From the NCBI GenBank assembly GCA_030754595.1, contig JASLZZ010000114.1, forward strand, positions 1 to 47,312: 47,312 nucleotides of DNA. Direction: 5' to 3'. Source of the stretch: Nitrospinota bacterium. GTDB taxonomy: Bacteria > UBA8248. Positions 19,651 to 29,238 of this stretch are shown here, one piece after another; within the stretch, counting starts at the first letter, position 1, and the number at the start of each line of letters is the position of its first letter. The notes below the pieces were generated by a model that saw nothing but the letters and a program-made list of their open reading frames with translations, was not told the origin of the DNA and did no database searches. Both the position numbers and the translations under genes were made by a program.

Positions 19651-21279
19651 ATGGCGCTTGCCCCCGAGCACGTGAACCCCGAGAGCATCCGAACGGCCTA
19701 TCCCTCGGCCTGGCCGCAGTATCCCTATAACGAGGCGCCGCCCACCCCCGAGCAGTCCGAGGTGCGCTATTCCATCTATTCCGAGTTGGCGCGGCGCCTC
19801 CGCGTCCGGGACGGGATCGAACTGGCCTACGATGTATTCCGCCCCTTCGCGCCGGGCGAGAAATTTCCCGCCCTGTTGTCATGGTCGCCCTATACGCGCC
19901 AGCTCCAGGGGACCCTCGCCCCCCTCGGTCAGAACGAGGCGGGCCTGACCGAGTTCTGGGTCCCCCGCGGCTACGCACAGGTGATCGCCGACGTGCGCGG
20001 CTCGAACGACTCAAGCGGCGCGTGGGATAACTTTGGCCCCGAGGAACAACTCGACCTCGCCGAGATGATCGAGTTCATCGCCGGACAGCCCTGGTGCAAC
20101 GGCAAGGTGGGGATGGTGGGCTGCTCCTACTTCGGGATGAGCCAGCTCCTCGCCGCCGAGCACCAGCCCGTGGGCCTCGCCGCCATATTTCCCTACGATG
20201 CGGCGACCGATCTCTACCGCGACGCCTACTACCACGGCGGGATCTACTCGGCCTGGGGGCGGTTCTGGTTCACCAGCCTCATGTTCCTGAACCACACGGG
20301 GGGTCGCGTGGCCGATCTGTCGGGTTTCAACAATCACTTCAACCGTATTCTCTCGCGCGAGGACCCGTTCGACTGCGCCTATTATCAGGAGCGCTCCTCG
20401 GGCCCGAGTCTTCACCGGGTCGAGGTGCCCACCTACTTCGGCTGCGACTGGAAGTTTTTCGGCCTCCACCTCCGGGGGTCGTTCATGGGCTGGGAGGGCG
20501 TTCCCGAGACGACGCCCAAGAAAATGCTCATCGGCCCCGAGTCGCGGCCCCGGCGGCCCTTCGGCGTCTATCACGGCGAGGCGCTACGCTGGTACGACCA
20601 CCATCTGAAAGGCATGGACTCGGGCGTATGGGAGGGCGCGCCGATCAATCTCTACATCCAGGGCGAGGACACCTGGCGGGGCGAGAGCGAGTGGCCGCTC
20701 GCGCGCACCGACTGGCGAAAACTCTACCTCTCGGGCGACTCGCTCACCGAGAACGCGGGCCCCGCGGGCGAGCGCGGCTACACCGTGACCCCCGGCACCC
20801 GGGCGGCCTGGCGCGGCGAGCCCAAACTCGTCTTCAGGACCGAGCCCTTTTCCTCGCCCACCGAGATCACGGGTCCGATGGCGCTCTACCTCACCGCCGT
20901 CTCGGACCAGGACGACACCGACTGGTTCGTCTTCGTCCGGGACGAGTCGCCGGACGGCTCCCAGCGCCTCCTCACCCGGGGCATGCTGCGCGCCAGCCAC
21001 CGGGAACTCGACCCCGGGAAGAGCGAGCCCTGGCGCCCCTGGCACCCGCACACGAGCGCCGAGCCCGTCACTCCCGGCGAGGAGATCGGCTACGTCATCG
21101 AGATCATCCCGACCTGCAATCTTTTTAAGGAGGGCCACCGCCTCAAGGTCGAGATATCCTCCTGCGACCCTGACACCGACCTCATATACACGCACGAGCC
21201 GCTGCCCCGCGTCGTCACCAACACGATTCGCACCGGCCAGGGGGGCTCCTATTTGCTGACGCCGTTTATCCCGAGATAG
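19651..21279 (+). CDS. CocE/NonD (peptidase S15) family hydrolase
   Basis: SPY, DVRG..DS.G, WCNGKVGMVGCSYFG; C-terminal LRASHR domain. Confidence 0.93.
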   Translation: MALAPEHVNPESIRTAYPSAWPQYPYNEAPPTPEQSEVRYSIYSELARRLRVRDGIELAYDVFRPFAPGEKFPALLSWSPYTRQLQGTLAPLGQNEAGLTEFWVPRGYAQVIADVRGSNDSSGAWDNFGPEEQLDLAEMIEFIAGQPWCNGKVGMVGCSYFGMSQLLAAEHQPVGLAAIFPYDAATDLYRDAYYHGGIYSAWGRFWFTSLMFLNHTGGRVADLSGFNNHFNRILSREDPFDCAYYQERSSGPSLHRVEVPTYFGCDWKFFGLHLRGSFMGWEGVPETTPKKMLIGPESRPRRPFGVYHGEALRWYDHHLKGMDSGVWEGAPINLYIQGEDTWRGESEWPLARTDWRKLYLSGDSLTENAGPAGERGYTVTPGTRAAWRGEPKLVFRTEPFSSPTEITGPMALYLTAVSDQDDTDWFVFVRDESPDGSQRLLTRGMLRASHRELDPGKSEPWRPWHPHTSAEPVTPGEEIGYVIEIIPTCNLFKEGHRLKVEISSCDPDTDLIYTHEPLPRVVTNTIRTGQGGSYLLTPFIPR

Positions 21280-21314
21280 GGCGGGAAACTGACCCTCAAG
21301 AAGTGGTTTTCGCC

Positions 21315-22001
21315 CTAGTCTCCGGCCGGTTCGATGCGGGCCGGCTCGATGCAGGCCGGCTCGTCGTTGCGCGGGTTGTTGACGTGGCGGCTGACGGTAT
21401 GGGCCTCCATCTCCCCGGCTGGGTAGGGGCGCAGGAGGGGCTCGAGGGTCCCGGGCTTCTCGTTGGCCGGGTCCATCCAGCGGCCGTAGTCCCCGGGCGC
21501 GATGATGACCGGCATGCGCGGATGAATTTTGGCGGTCATCTCGTTGGGCGAAGTGGTGAGGATGGCGCAGGTCTCAAGCTCCGATCCGTCTTCGCCGCAC
21601 CACTGCTCCCATAGCCCGGCGAGTGCGAACGGGCGGCCCTCCTTCATGCGGATGAAGAAGGGTTGTTTCGCCGCGCCGACCCGCGCCCACTCGTAGAAGC
21701 CGCTGGCGGGTATCAGGCAGCGCCGCCGCTTCATCGCGGCCCGGAAGGAGGGCTTCTCGGCCGCCGTCTCGGCCCTTGCGTTGATCATGCGGCTGCCGAT
21801 GGCGGGGTCCTTGGCCCAGGAGGGGATCAGCCCCCACTGGAGCAGGGTGAGCTCCCGGGCCCCGCCCTCTCCGGCGCGAACGGCGGCCACCGGCTGGCTC
21901 GGGGCGATGTTGTACCGGGGGGAGAGTTCTCCCGCGAGCTCGAGCCCGAAAAGCGCCTCGAGCATCGCCTTCGGGGCGATCAAAGTGAAGCGTCCGCACA
22001 C
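21315..22001 (-). CDS. SRAP (YedK/HMCES) abasic-site-processing protein
   Basis: MCGRF start, RYNIAPSQ, INARAET, GFYEW, H.RMP. Confidence 0.95.
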   Translation of the reverse strand: MCGRFTLIAPKAMLEALFGLELAGELSPRYNIAPSQPVAAVRAGEGGARELTLLQWGLIPSWAKDPAIGSRMINARAETAAEKPSFRAAMKRRRCLIPASGFYEWARVGAAKQPFFIRMKEGRPFALAGLWEQWCGEDGSELETCAILTTSPNEMTAKIHPRMPVIIAPGDYGRWMDPANEKPGTLEPLLRPYPAGEMEAHTVSRHVNNPRNDEPACIEPARIEPAGD

Positions 22002-22004
22002 GGA

Positions 22005-23066
22005 TCAGTCCGCTTTCCACCCGACGCCGTTGACGATGTTCTCGGGCTCGCCGCCTTCGATGACGCGGTGGACGTTCGCCATCCAGGCCTCGAGCTCGCG
22101 CACGAGCGTTTCGTCGTCGCCGCCGGCGATGTGAGGGGTGGGAATGAGCCCCGGCGCCCGCAGCAGGGGGTGATCTGCCGGGAAGGGCTCGGGGCTGAAC
22201 ACGTCGAGCCCGGCGCCCGCGAGGTGGCCGTCCTCGAGAGCCCGCTGAAGGGCGTCCTGATCGACCAGGGGCCCCCGCCCGATGTTGATTAGATAGGAGC
22301 CGCGCGGCATGGCGCGGATGGCGTCCTCGCCGACGATGTGGCGCGTGTACTCGTTCAACCTGACCGAGGGATAGATGACGTCCGAGGTGCGGAACAGATC
22401 GTCTTGCCCGACGGGGGTGGCGGCGGTTTTCCGGTCGATCCACTCCGGGAGCGGCGAGCGGTTCCAGTACCGGACCTCCATCCCGAAGGCGGCGGCGCGC
22501 ACCGCGAACTCGCGGGCGATCTCGCCCATCCCGAGAAGGCCGAGGCGCATCCCCCGGAGGGGGCGGACGCCCTCGAGTTGGGTCCAGTTGTAGGCGCTGC
22601 CGTCCGGGCGGGTGGGCGAGAGGGGCTTGTCCGTGCCCTCGCGGGCCGCACCCTCGCGGGCCGCCCGGGCGGCCTCGGGCATGTTGCGCACCAGGTTGAG
22701 AAGGAGGGCCACCGAGTGATCGGCGACCGAATCCACGATGGGACGGCCTCGAAAGGCGACGGGGACACCGGCCTCGGCCGCCGCCCCGGCATCGACCTTC
22801 TCGCCGTAGCGGGTGGCGACGTTGATGAACCGCAAGCGCTTTGCCCTCTCGAGGAGACCGCCGGGCAGGGGGGCGTTCTTGGTGAGGAAGAATTCGGCCT
22901 CCTCGGCCGCTTTCAATAGTTTCGCCGGGTCGCGCTCCATGATGAAATCCATCCGCTCGCTCGATATGGCCGTGTCGATCCGGCTCTGGTGCTCGGAGGA
23001 GATGGGCCGCCCCCGGGTCGAGCCGATGGCAGGGTGATAGGCGACCACTACTCGTGGAATCGGCAT
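22005..23066 (-). CDS. D-isomer-specific 2-hydroxyacid dehydrogenase family
   Basis: GLLGMGEIA, NIGRG, GLDVF..EP, TPHIAG; start ATG 23066. Confidence 0.9.
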   Translation of the reverse strand: MPIPRVVVAYHPAIGSTRGRPISSEHQSRIDTAISSERMDFIMERDPAKLLKAAEEAEFFLTKNAPLPGGLLERAKRLRFINVATRYGEKVDAGAAAEAGVPVAFRGRPIVDSVADHSVALLLNLVRNMPEAARAAREGAAREGTDKPLSPTRPDGSAYNWTQLEGVRPLRGMRLGLLGMGEIAREFAVRAAAFGMEVRYWNRSPLPEWIDRKTAATPVGQDDLFRTSDVIYPSVRLNEYTRHIVGEDAIRAMPRGSYLINIGRGPLVDQDALQRALEDGHLAGAGLDVFSPEPFPADHPLLRAPGLIPTPHIAGGDDETLVRELEAWMANVHRVIEGGEPENIVNGVGWKAD

Positions 23067-23408
23067 GGAAGCTTTTCTCCACTGAAAAAAAGAATGAGCG
23101 AACGTCTTTGCCGATTGAGTCTTCATATTAAGCCCGCGACTTGAGGTCGCGTCTGGAGCCCGCCCATCGGCGGCCCGGGGCTTGAAGGGCGCGGCCAAGG
23201 GCGGAACCGCCCGGGCGGTGATTTGGACTGACGGAACGGGGAATTTTCCCCGATGCGGCGGCTCCGGGCAAGCCGCCCGGCGGCCTGGCCGGGTTTCCAC
23301 TGGACGGGAAATTGGGTAGATTTCGCTCTCATACTCCGGGATGAAGGCGGGGCGGGATGAAAGCGGTGCCCGGCGTCGCCGGTTTCCATTTTTTTTAGGA
23401 ATTTTGAG

Positions 23409-23987
23409 ATGACGGGTTCACCGAAGATAAATTTCAGATGTCCGAGACCGCTCCTCCGCGCTCGCGCGATTGTGGTAGGGATTCTGATCGGGCTCGCCGC
23501 CGCGGGCTGCGGCAAGGGAAAAGTGTTCGATCTTCCCCGGGGAGCGGGAACCGTGATGATTATCACCGAGCCTCAGGGCGCGATTATTGCCTTCGACGGC
23601 TCGGTGCGAGGCAGGACCTACGAGAAGCAACCCATCGTTCTGAAGGGGATCACCCACGGCTGGCACACCATCAAGGCGACGCTGCCGGGCCACGTCCCGC
23701 GCGTCGAGGAGGTCCGGATCGACGGTTCCGAGACCGAGATCCGCATCCCGCTTTCACGGGACACCTTCGGCAGACTCTCCGTGGTCGTCGATCCCCCCGG
23801 CGCGGAGGTGTTCATCGACAGCCGCTATCACGGCATGGCCGAACCTGGGAAGGACATCGACTCGCTCGCTTTCGGGGAGCACACCCTCTGGCTCCGCCTG
23901 AAGGGGTTCCAGTCCGAGAAGCGGACCATCACGGTCGAGCGCCAGTTCCACCGCGCCTACCGGCTGCGGATGCGGGTGGTCCAGTAA
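23409..23987 (+). CDS. PEGA-domain lipoprotein
   Basis: Lipobox-like AAGC; two PEGA repeats (TEPQGA.I, VDPPGAEVFID). Confidence 0.85.
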   Translation: MTGSPKINFRCPRPLLRARAIVVGILIGLAAAGCGKGKVFDLPRGAGTVMIITEPQGAIIAFDGSVRGRTYEKQPIVLKGITHGWHTIKATLPGHVPRVEEVRIDGSETEIRIPLSRDTFGRLSVVVDPPGAEVFIDSRYHGMAEPGKDIDSLAFGEHTLWLRLKGFQSEKRTITVERQFHRAYRLRMRVVQ

Positions 23988-24006
23988 CCCGGAGCCGGGC
24001 CGACGC

Positions 24007-24801
24007 TCAGCCCCTGACGCCATCCTCGATTAACCGCCCGAAGGCCTCAAGGTTTTCTTGGGCGCTCTCCATCTCCCGGCCCGGGGCGTAGCTTTCGATG
24101 GCGGCGATTCCGGTGAAGAATTTTCCGATCTCCCGAAGCGGCGGGCCCAGGTCGTGGATCCCCTCGGCGAGGGGAACGTGGACGCGCTCGCGGGTCGAGC
24201 CGCTGAGGTGGATGTGGGCGATGCAGAGCTCAAAGCCTTTCGTCTCGGCCGGCAACCCGCTGTAGAGCAGGTGCGCGAGGTCCACCGTGATTCCGAAGCC
24301 GGGGCGGTCCACCTCACGGGCGATTTCAGCCGCCGTGGGGATATCGGTGACGTACTCGCCCGGGCGCGCCTCCATCACCTCGAGCGCCGCCCGCACGCCC
24401 AGCCGCTCCGCCTCCCCGGCGATCTCCTCCGCGTATGCCCTCATTTCGGGAATAAAATCCTCGGCTCTGTCGTGCGAGCTTGAAAACGCGCCGGGGTGGA
24501 GATTCACGATCCCGGCCTCCATCCGCGCGGCGTCCTCGAGGCTCCTCAGGTATTGGGCCCGCGATTTGCGGCGGATTCCCGCGTTGATCGAGGTGACGTT
24601 CAGGTCCCGGCTCGGCCCGTGGACCGAGAGCGCCAGATTTTTCTCGCGGACGGCTTTGCCGAGGGCGGCGGGGCCTTCGCCGGAGGCCCAGAGGAGTTCC
24701 GACCAGATCTCGACGGCTTGGTAGCCCAGGCGCTCCGCGGCGTCCACCAGTTCTCCGGGCGAGAGGGACCGCAGCGTGGTGGAAGAGAGCGCGTCCTTCA
24801 T
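24007..24801 (-). CDS. Sugar phosphate isomerase/epimerase (xylose isomerase-like TIM barrel)
   Basis: GYQAVEI, SVHGP, HPG, DLAH, HIHLS, H..L.EG motifs. Confidence 0.88.
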   Translation of the reverse strand: MKDALSSTTLRSLSPGELVDAAERLGYQAVEIWSELLWASGEGPAALGKAVREKNLALSVHGPSRDLNVTSINAGIRRKSRAQYLRSLEDAARMEAGIVNLHPGAFSSSHDRAEDFIPEMRAYAEEIAGEAERLGVRAALEVMEARPGEYVTDIPTAAEIAREVDRPGFGITVDLAHLLYSGLPAETKGFELCIAHIHLSGSTRERVHVPLAEGIHDLGPPLREIGKFFTGIAAIESYAPGREMESAQENLEAFGRLIEDGVRG

Positions 24802-24937
24802 CGGAGTGCCTTTCACGCGGGTTACGGGGGCGGGCGGGATGAACTCCCGCCGGCCATGCTGTAAACTTCACCCTCCATTCAACACGCAATCCTGTCAACG
24901 GCTCCGGGGCGTCCTGGATTGGTTCGGGGGAGGCGTC

Positions 24938-25501
24938 ATGCCGAAAATCGTGGTCATCAGCGGGAGCAGGAGACCCGGGAACAATACCGATAAAGCCCTG
25001 CGCATCGCTCTCGATGAGATTGGCGCCGCCGCCGAGGTCGAGGTTGTCCGCGCGGGCGAGTGTCGCTTTCTCCTGCCGGGTGATGAGGGCGCGGCCCTGC
25101 CGGGCGTGGCGGACGACGGCGAACGCCTTCGCGAAAAAGTGCTCGGGGCGGACGGGCTCCTCATCGCCACCCCCGAATACCACGGCAGCATATCGAGCAC
25201 CCTCAAGCTCATTATCGACAACCTTGGCTTCCCCTCCACCCTCGAGGGAAAGGACATCGCCATTTTCGGGGTGGCCATGGGCCCCGGCGCGGACAACGCC
25301 GTGGGCCACCTGCGCCATATCCTCACCCACATCGGGGGACGGGTTCTCCCCACGGAGACCTCGGTCGGGAGCGTTCATAAAGTCTTTGACGAGAGCGGCG
25401 CCTGCACCGACGAGGACGTTGAGGCCGCTATCCGCGCCGTCGCGCGCGCGCTGCTCGATCATATAACCGGACCGGACAGCGACGATCTGTCGGGACTCTG
25501 A
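24938..25501 (+). CDS. NADPH-dependent FMN reductase
   Basis: ISGS.R, ATPEYHGS....LK..ID. Confidence 0.92.
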   Translation: MPKIVVISGSRRPGNNTDKALRIALDEIGAAAEVEVVRAGECRFLLPGDEGAALPGVADDGERLREKVLGADGLLIATPEYHGSISSTLKLIIDNLGFPSTLEGKDIAIFGVAMGPGADNAVGHLRHILTHIGGRVLPTETSVGSVHKVFDESGACTDEDVEAAIRAVARALLDHITGPDSDDLSGL

Positions 25502-25509
25502 GGTAGCCG

Positions 25510-26268
25510 GTGGCGGATTTTTTTGATCTTTCGGGCGGCGGGCGGATCGCCTACGAAAAATTTTCGGGGAAATCGCCCGGCGTGATGTTCCTCGGCGGGT
25601 TCCACTCGGACATGACAGGAACCAAGGTCGCCGCGCTCGACGCGCATTGCCGCGAGGCGGGGCGATCGTTCGTCCGCTTCGATTACACCGGCCATGGCCT
25701 CTCGTCGGGCGAGTTCGTGGAGGGCGGCATCGGCGGCTGGACGGAGGACGCCGTCGCCGTGCTCGATGAGGTGGCCGAGGGGCCTCAAGTGCTCGTGGGC
25801 TCGAGCATGGGCGGCTGGATCATGCTGCTTGCCGCGCTGGCGCGGCCCGAAAGGGTGTGCGGCCTGGTGGGCGTCGCCGCCGCTCCGGACTTCACCGAGG
25901 ATTTGATCTGGAGCGCGCTTTCGCCCGAGGCGAGGCGTGAGATCGAAACGCGGGGAAAGTGGATTCGCCCCTCCGAGTACGATGAGGCGGGATACCCCAT
26001 CACGCGCCATCTGATAGAGGAAGGGCGAGAGAATCTCCTCTTGCGCGGACCCATCGCCATACGGTGCCCGGTCCGCCTCATTCACGGATTGGAGGACGAG
26101 TCCGTCCCCTGGGAGGTGTCCAGAAAACTCATGGGCGCGCTCGATAGCGGTGATGTCAGCCTCACCCTCGTCAAGGGAGGCGATCACCGCCTCTTGGAGC
26201 CCGCCGATATCGGGCGCCTTATCGGGACGATAGAGGCGCTCTGCGGGGAGATGGAGAAGAATCATTGA
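25510..26268 (+). CDS. Alpha/beta hydrolase
   Basis: GF.SDM.GTK, GSSMGG, HG..D, GDHRL. Confidence 0.92.
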   Translation: MADFFDLSGGGRIAYEKFSGKSPGVMFLGGFHSDMTGTKVAALDAHCREAGRSFVRFDYTGHGLSSGEFVEGGIGGWTEDAVAVLDEVAEGPQVLVGSSMGGWIMLLAALARPERVCGLVGVAAAPDFTEDLIWSALSPEARREIETRGKWIRPSEYDEAGYPITRHLIEEGRENLLLRGPIAIRCPVRLIHGLEDESVPWEVSRKLMGALDSGDVSLTLVKGGDHRLLEPADIGRLIGTIEALCGEMEKNH

Positions 26269-26346
26269 CCCACAGGCGAAGTAATATCCTGTCATATCGT
26301 TGAAATAAAATAGGTTATATAAAAACAATCTTGCTCGAAAAAAAAC

Positions 26347-26391
26347 TTGAGAGTCAGAGCTCCGAAGCTTACTGTATGAGCAAATGTTCAC
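26347..26391 (+). promoter_or_regulatory. tetR promoter with overlapping operator
   Basis: TTGAGA-N17-TACTGT followed directly by ATGAGCA-AA-TGTTCAC (26376-26391). Confidence 0.6.
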
Positions 26392-26415
26392 TCACTATAC
26401 GTGAAGGTAATGATC

Positions 26416-26985
26416 ATGCGCGACGGAACAAAGACCAAAGAGAGCATCGAAAGAACATCCCTTCGCCTCTTCGTGGAAAAGGGAGTCGCCGAGACCACGA
26501 TTCGCGATATCGCCTCGGCCGCCGGTATCGCCGAGGGGACCATGTACCGCCACTACGCCAGCAAGGAGGAGCTGGCCTGGAGTCTCTTCTCGAGGAACTT
26601 CACAGCCCTCTCCCGCGAGCTTGATCGTTTCCAGAAAGAGCAGCCGGGAACCCGGGAGAAGATCGAGGCGATGATCCGGTGTTTCTGCACTTTATTCGAC
26701 GACGACCCGATTCTGTTCAGCTATCTCTGCCTCCACGCGCTCCACGGCCAGATCGCGAAGATGACGCCCGACATGCCCCATGCGATGGAGGTTCTCATCA
26801 AGGTGATCGCCGGGGGGATGGATCGCGGGGAGATTCCGAAGAAGAATCCCATCGTTGCCGCTTCGATGGTGATGGGCATCGTTCTTCAGACCGCCACCTC
26901 GAAGGTCTATGAGCGTTTCGAGGAAAGCATGACAGTTCTCACCGATTCGCTCGTGGAGGCCTCCTGGCGGGTGGTGGGAGAGTAA
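26416..26985 (+). CDS. TetR/AcrR family transcriptional regulator
   Basis: HTH LF.EKG...TTIRDIA..AGIAEGTMYRHY.SKEEL. Confidence 0.95.
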   Translation: MRDGTKTKESIERTSLRLFVEKGVAETTIRDIASAAGIAEGTMYRHYASKEELAWSLFSRNFTALSRELDRFQKEQPGTREKIEAMIRCFCTLFDDDPILFSYLCLHALHGQIAKMTPDMPHAMEVLIKVIAGGMDRGEIPKKNPIVAASMVMGIVLQTATSKVYERFEESMTVLTDSLVEASWRVVGE

Positions 26986-27003
26986 TTTTTTTTTGAGTTC
27001 ATC

Positions 27004-27019
27004 GTGAACAAATGTTCAC
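27004..27019. promoter_or_regulatory. Palindromic operator, probable TetR site
   Basis: GTGAACA-AA-TGTTCAC, 14/16 identical to the site at 26376-26391. Confidence 0.65.
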
Positions 27020-27155
27020 TTATGCTGTGGCGTTCGATTTTCTATGCTGCGAAAGAGCGAAGGCCATTTTTCGAAACGGGGAATTTAGAAAAAACACCTG
27101 CCAATGGGGGAGAGATGATGAGCATGTTAACGGCGGAAAGGCCTGTAGGGCGCGA

Positions 27156-27524
27156 TCAGTCGGCCGGCGGGTGGTAGTGCGGATCGTCAGCTTCGTTGCC
27201 GTTCAGCACCACCTTGAGGCCCACCCCCAGGAAGGAGCTCTCGTTGAGGCTCCAGCGCATGACTTTGTATTCGCGGAGTCCCTTGACGTGAAACGGATCG
27301 GTGTCGGCGTGGGCGGCCGCCTCGGCCGCGTCGGCGCAGACGAGATAATACATCCCCGCCACGGGGGGGCCGTCGCTATCGGGCTCAAAGACCGGCCCCG
27401 CTCCGAGGAGCTTGTCGGACGCCTGGTTTTCGAACTGCCAGACAAGATGCTCCTTGCGGGCGGCCATTAAATCTTCGTGCGCCGCGCCATTGACCGTCGT
27501 CGAATACACCCAAAATAGCGGCAT
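27156..27524 (-). CDS. YciI family protein
   Basis: R.EHL, AGP, DPF...G motifs; GGAGG RBS. Confidence 0.85.
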   Translation of the reverse strand: MPLFWVYSTTVNGAAHEDLMAARKEHLVWQFENQASDKLLGAGPVFEPDSDGPPVAGMYYLVCADAAEAAAHADTDPFHVKGLREYKVMRWSLNESSFLGVGLKVVLNGNEADDPHYHPPAD

Positions 27525-27560
27525 TACTTCTCCTCCAAACGGGAAAAAGGGGAAAGTGGG

Positions 27561-27592
27561 AAAAAAGGGGCCGCGGAATCCCCCGCAGCCCC
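27561..27592 (-). terminator. Intrinsic terminator of tRNA-Asn
   Basis: GGGGCTGCGG-loop-CCGCGGCCCC-T6 on the minus strand. Confidence 0.85.
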
Positions 27593-27603
27593 TCTGGAAT
27601 TTC

Positions 27604-27679
27604 TGGCTCCGGCGGTAGGACTCGAACCTACAACAAGTCGGTTAACAGCCGACTGCTCTGCCAATTGAGCTACGCCGGA
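27604..27679 (-). tRNA. tRNA-Asn (anticodon GTT)
   Basis: TCCGGCG acceptor stem, AGCTCAATTGGCAGAGC D arm, CTGTTAA anticodon loop, GGTTCGAGTCC T arm, encoded CCA; 76 nt. Confidence 0.97.
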
Positions 27680-27721
27680 TCGCGTGTGGCGCCGCTCTCA
27701 GCCGAGAGACCGCGCCATCGC

Positions 27722-27751
27722 CTTATAGGTGGCGCCTCGCTGGGTTGTCAA
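27722..27751 (-). promoter_or_regulatory. Sigma70 promoter of tRNA-Asn
   Basis: TTGACA-N18-TATAAG on the minus strand. Confidence 0.7.
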
Positions 27752-27778
27752 GACTTCTCCGGCCGAGGGAGGCGGTTT

Positions 27779-28084
27779 CTAATCCGGGGAGGCGGGTTCT
27801 TCAGGCGGCGGATGGAGCACCTTGTAAATGGCGGCTCCGACCACGGGCACGGAAAGCAGGGCGGATATGAGGAAAAGGGCCCCCGCCCAGCTCCACATCC
27901 CCAACCGGATGCGCGAAACCCAGGCGGCGGGGCCGCTCAGGAGCCACCCTCCTATCAGGGCGAACAGGGCGTTGAAGGCGAAAACTCCGGCCGCGAGCCG
28001 CCCCGCGAGCAGCCGGCGGCGCGCCAGACGGGTGGGCAGGGTGTGGGCGGAGAGGTTGGGGGTGGAATTTTCGGACGCGCTCAT
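27779..28084 (-). CDS. Small two-TM membrane protein
   Basis: Two hydrophobic segments, GGAGAAGG RBS, directly downstream of the redoxin. Confidence 0.7.
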   Translation of the reverse strand: MSASENSTPNLSAHTLPTRLARRRLLAGRLAAGVFAFNALFALIGGWLLSGPAAWVSRIRLGMWSWAGALFLISALLSVPVVGAAIYKVLHPPPEEPASPD

Positions 28085-28115
28085 GCCTTCTCCGGGTGAT
28101 TTCCTTGGGCGGCGG

Positions 28116-28640
28116 TTATTCGGCGAGAAGGGTTTTGATCATCTTCTCGGTGGTTTGGTGATTTCCCTCGCCGATGGTCTTGAAGCGGACAACGCCCTTT
28201 TTATCAATAAGGTATTTCGTTGGCCAGTAGCGGTTATGGAATGCGCGCCAATTGGCGTGATCGTTGTCCATCACCACCGGGTAGGGAACATTCAGCCGAA
28301 CGAGAGATTTTTTGACGTTGGCCACCTCTTTTTCGAAGTCGAATTCGGGGGCGTGGTTGCCGATGACGACCAAGCCCTTTTCCTTGAAGCGCTCGTGCCA
28401 CGAGCGAATCACCGGGAGCTCCCGGATGCAGTTAATTCAACTGAAGGTCCACATGTCGAGCATAACGACCTTCCCCCGCTGCTCCTTTATCTTGAGGGGC
28501 GGACTGTTCAGCCAGGGCCCGGCCGCGAGTTCGGGGGCGGGGGTTCCCGATTTCAGGCCCGCGCCGCCGCCGTGGAAAAAGCCCGCGGCGAAGGCGGCTA
28601 GGGCGGCAGCGGCCGCCAGCCGAAAGAATCGTTTTTTCAT
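28116..28640 (-). CDS. Candidate selenoprotein: exported TlpA/DipZ-like redoxin (U-I-N-C)
   Basis: ORFs 28437..28640 and 28116..28412 are in one frame: GKVVMLDMWTFS[TGA 28437-28439]INCIRELP...HAPEF...YWPTKYLID. Confidence 0.88.
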
Positions 28641-28851
28641 GGGCGCTTGTCCTCCATTCCATTTTCGGTTGCTCCCCCCGTGCCCGAAAGACTACTCGAA
28701 AAACGGGGCCACTGCGATGAAAATCGGGCCGGAGGCGATCGTGGTGGGCAAAACATTTCCGCCGGGATAGGATCGGGAAAAGCGCCTTATTGGAAACTTT
28801 ATCGTTGTTTCGGATTCGTCCTGGATACTTACCCGAAAGGAGAGAAACGCC

Positions 28852-29196
28852 ATGCAAGCCTATAACTGGAATGAGCTTCCCGGCCACAAGAAAGAAGATC
28901 GTATCCAGCGAGTGGTGGCTGGGCAGAACATCACCGTTCTCCAGCAGACGCTCCTGCCCAACATGAAGCCGAACCCGCACAGCCACCCATGGGAGCAGAT
29001 GAGCATCGTTCTCACGGGCAAGGCCAAGTTCACCTGCATGGGCAAGGAAGTCGTCATGGGTCCGGGCGGGATCGTCGTCTTTCCCCCGGACGAGGAGCAC
29101 AGCACCGAGCTCGTAGACGGCGAGGTGCTTTTCGTCGAGGAGATTTTCGCGCCCGGCGTCGAGGTATTGAACGAGTTGGCGCCCTGGAAACCCTGA
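28852..29196 (+). CDS. Cupin domain protein
   Basis: HSHPWEQ...G...F and G....FPP..EH motifs. Confidence 0.9.
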   Translation: MQAYNWNELPGHKKEDRIQRVVAGQNITVLQQTLLPNMKPNPHSHPWEQMSIVLTGKAKFTCMGKEVVMGPGGIVVFPPDEEHSTELVDGEVLFVEEIFAPGVEVLNELAPWKP

Positions 29197-29238
29197 GGGC
29201 CGGTCACCGGGGCGTAATTGCGACGGGAGAGGCGGATT

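Noticed and set aside
23067..23408. Possible riboswitch in the 340-bp divergent intergenic region
   Set aside because: Only short GC-rich hairpins; no recognisable aptamer consensus
27604..27679. tRNA-Asn as an integration site for a mobile element
   Set aside because: No integrase and no duplicated tRNA 3' end was found; the native terminator follows directly
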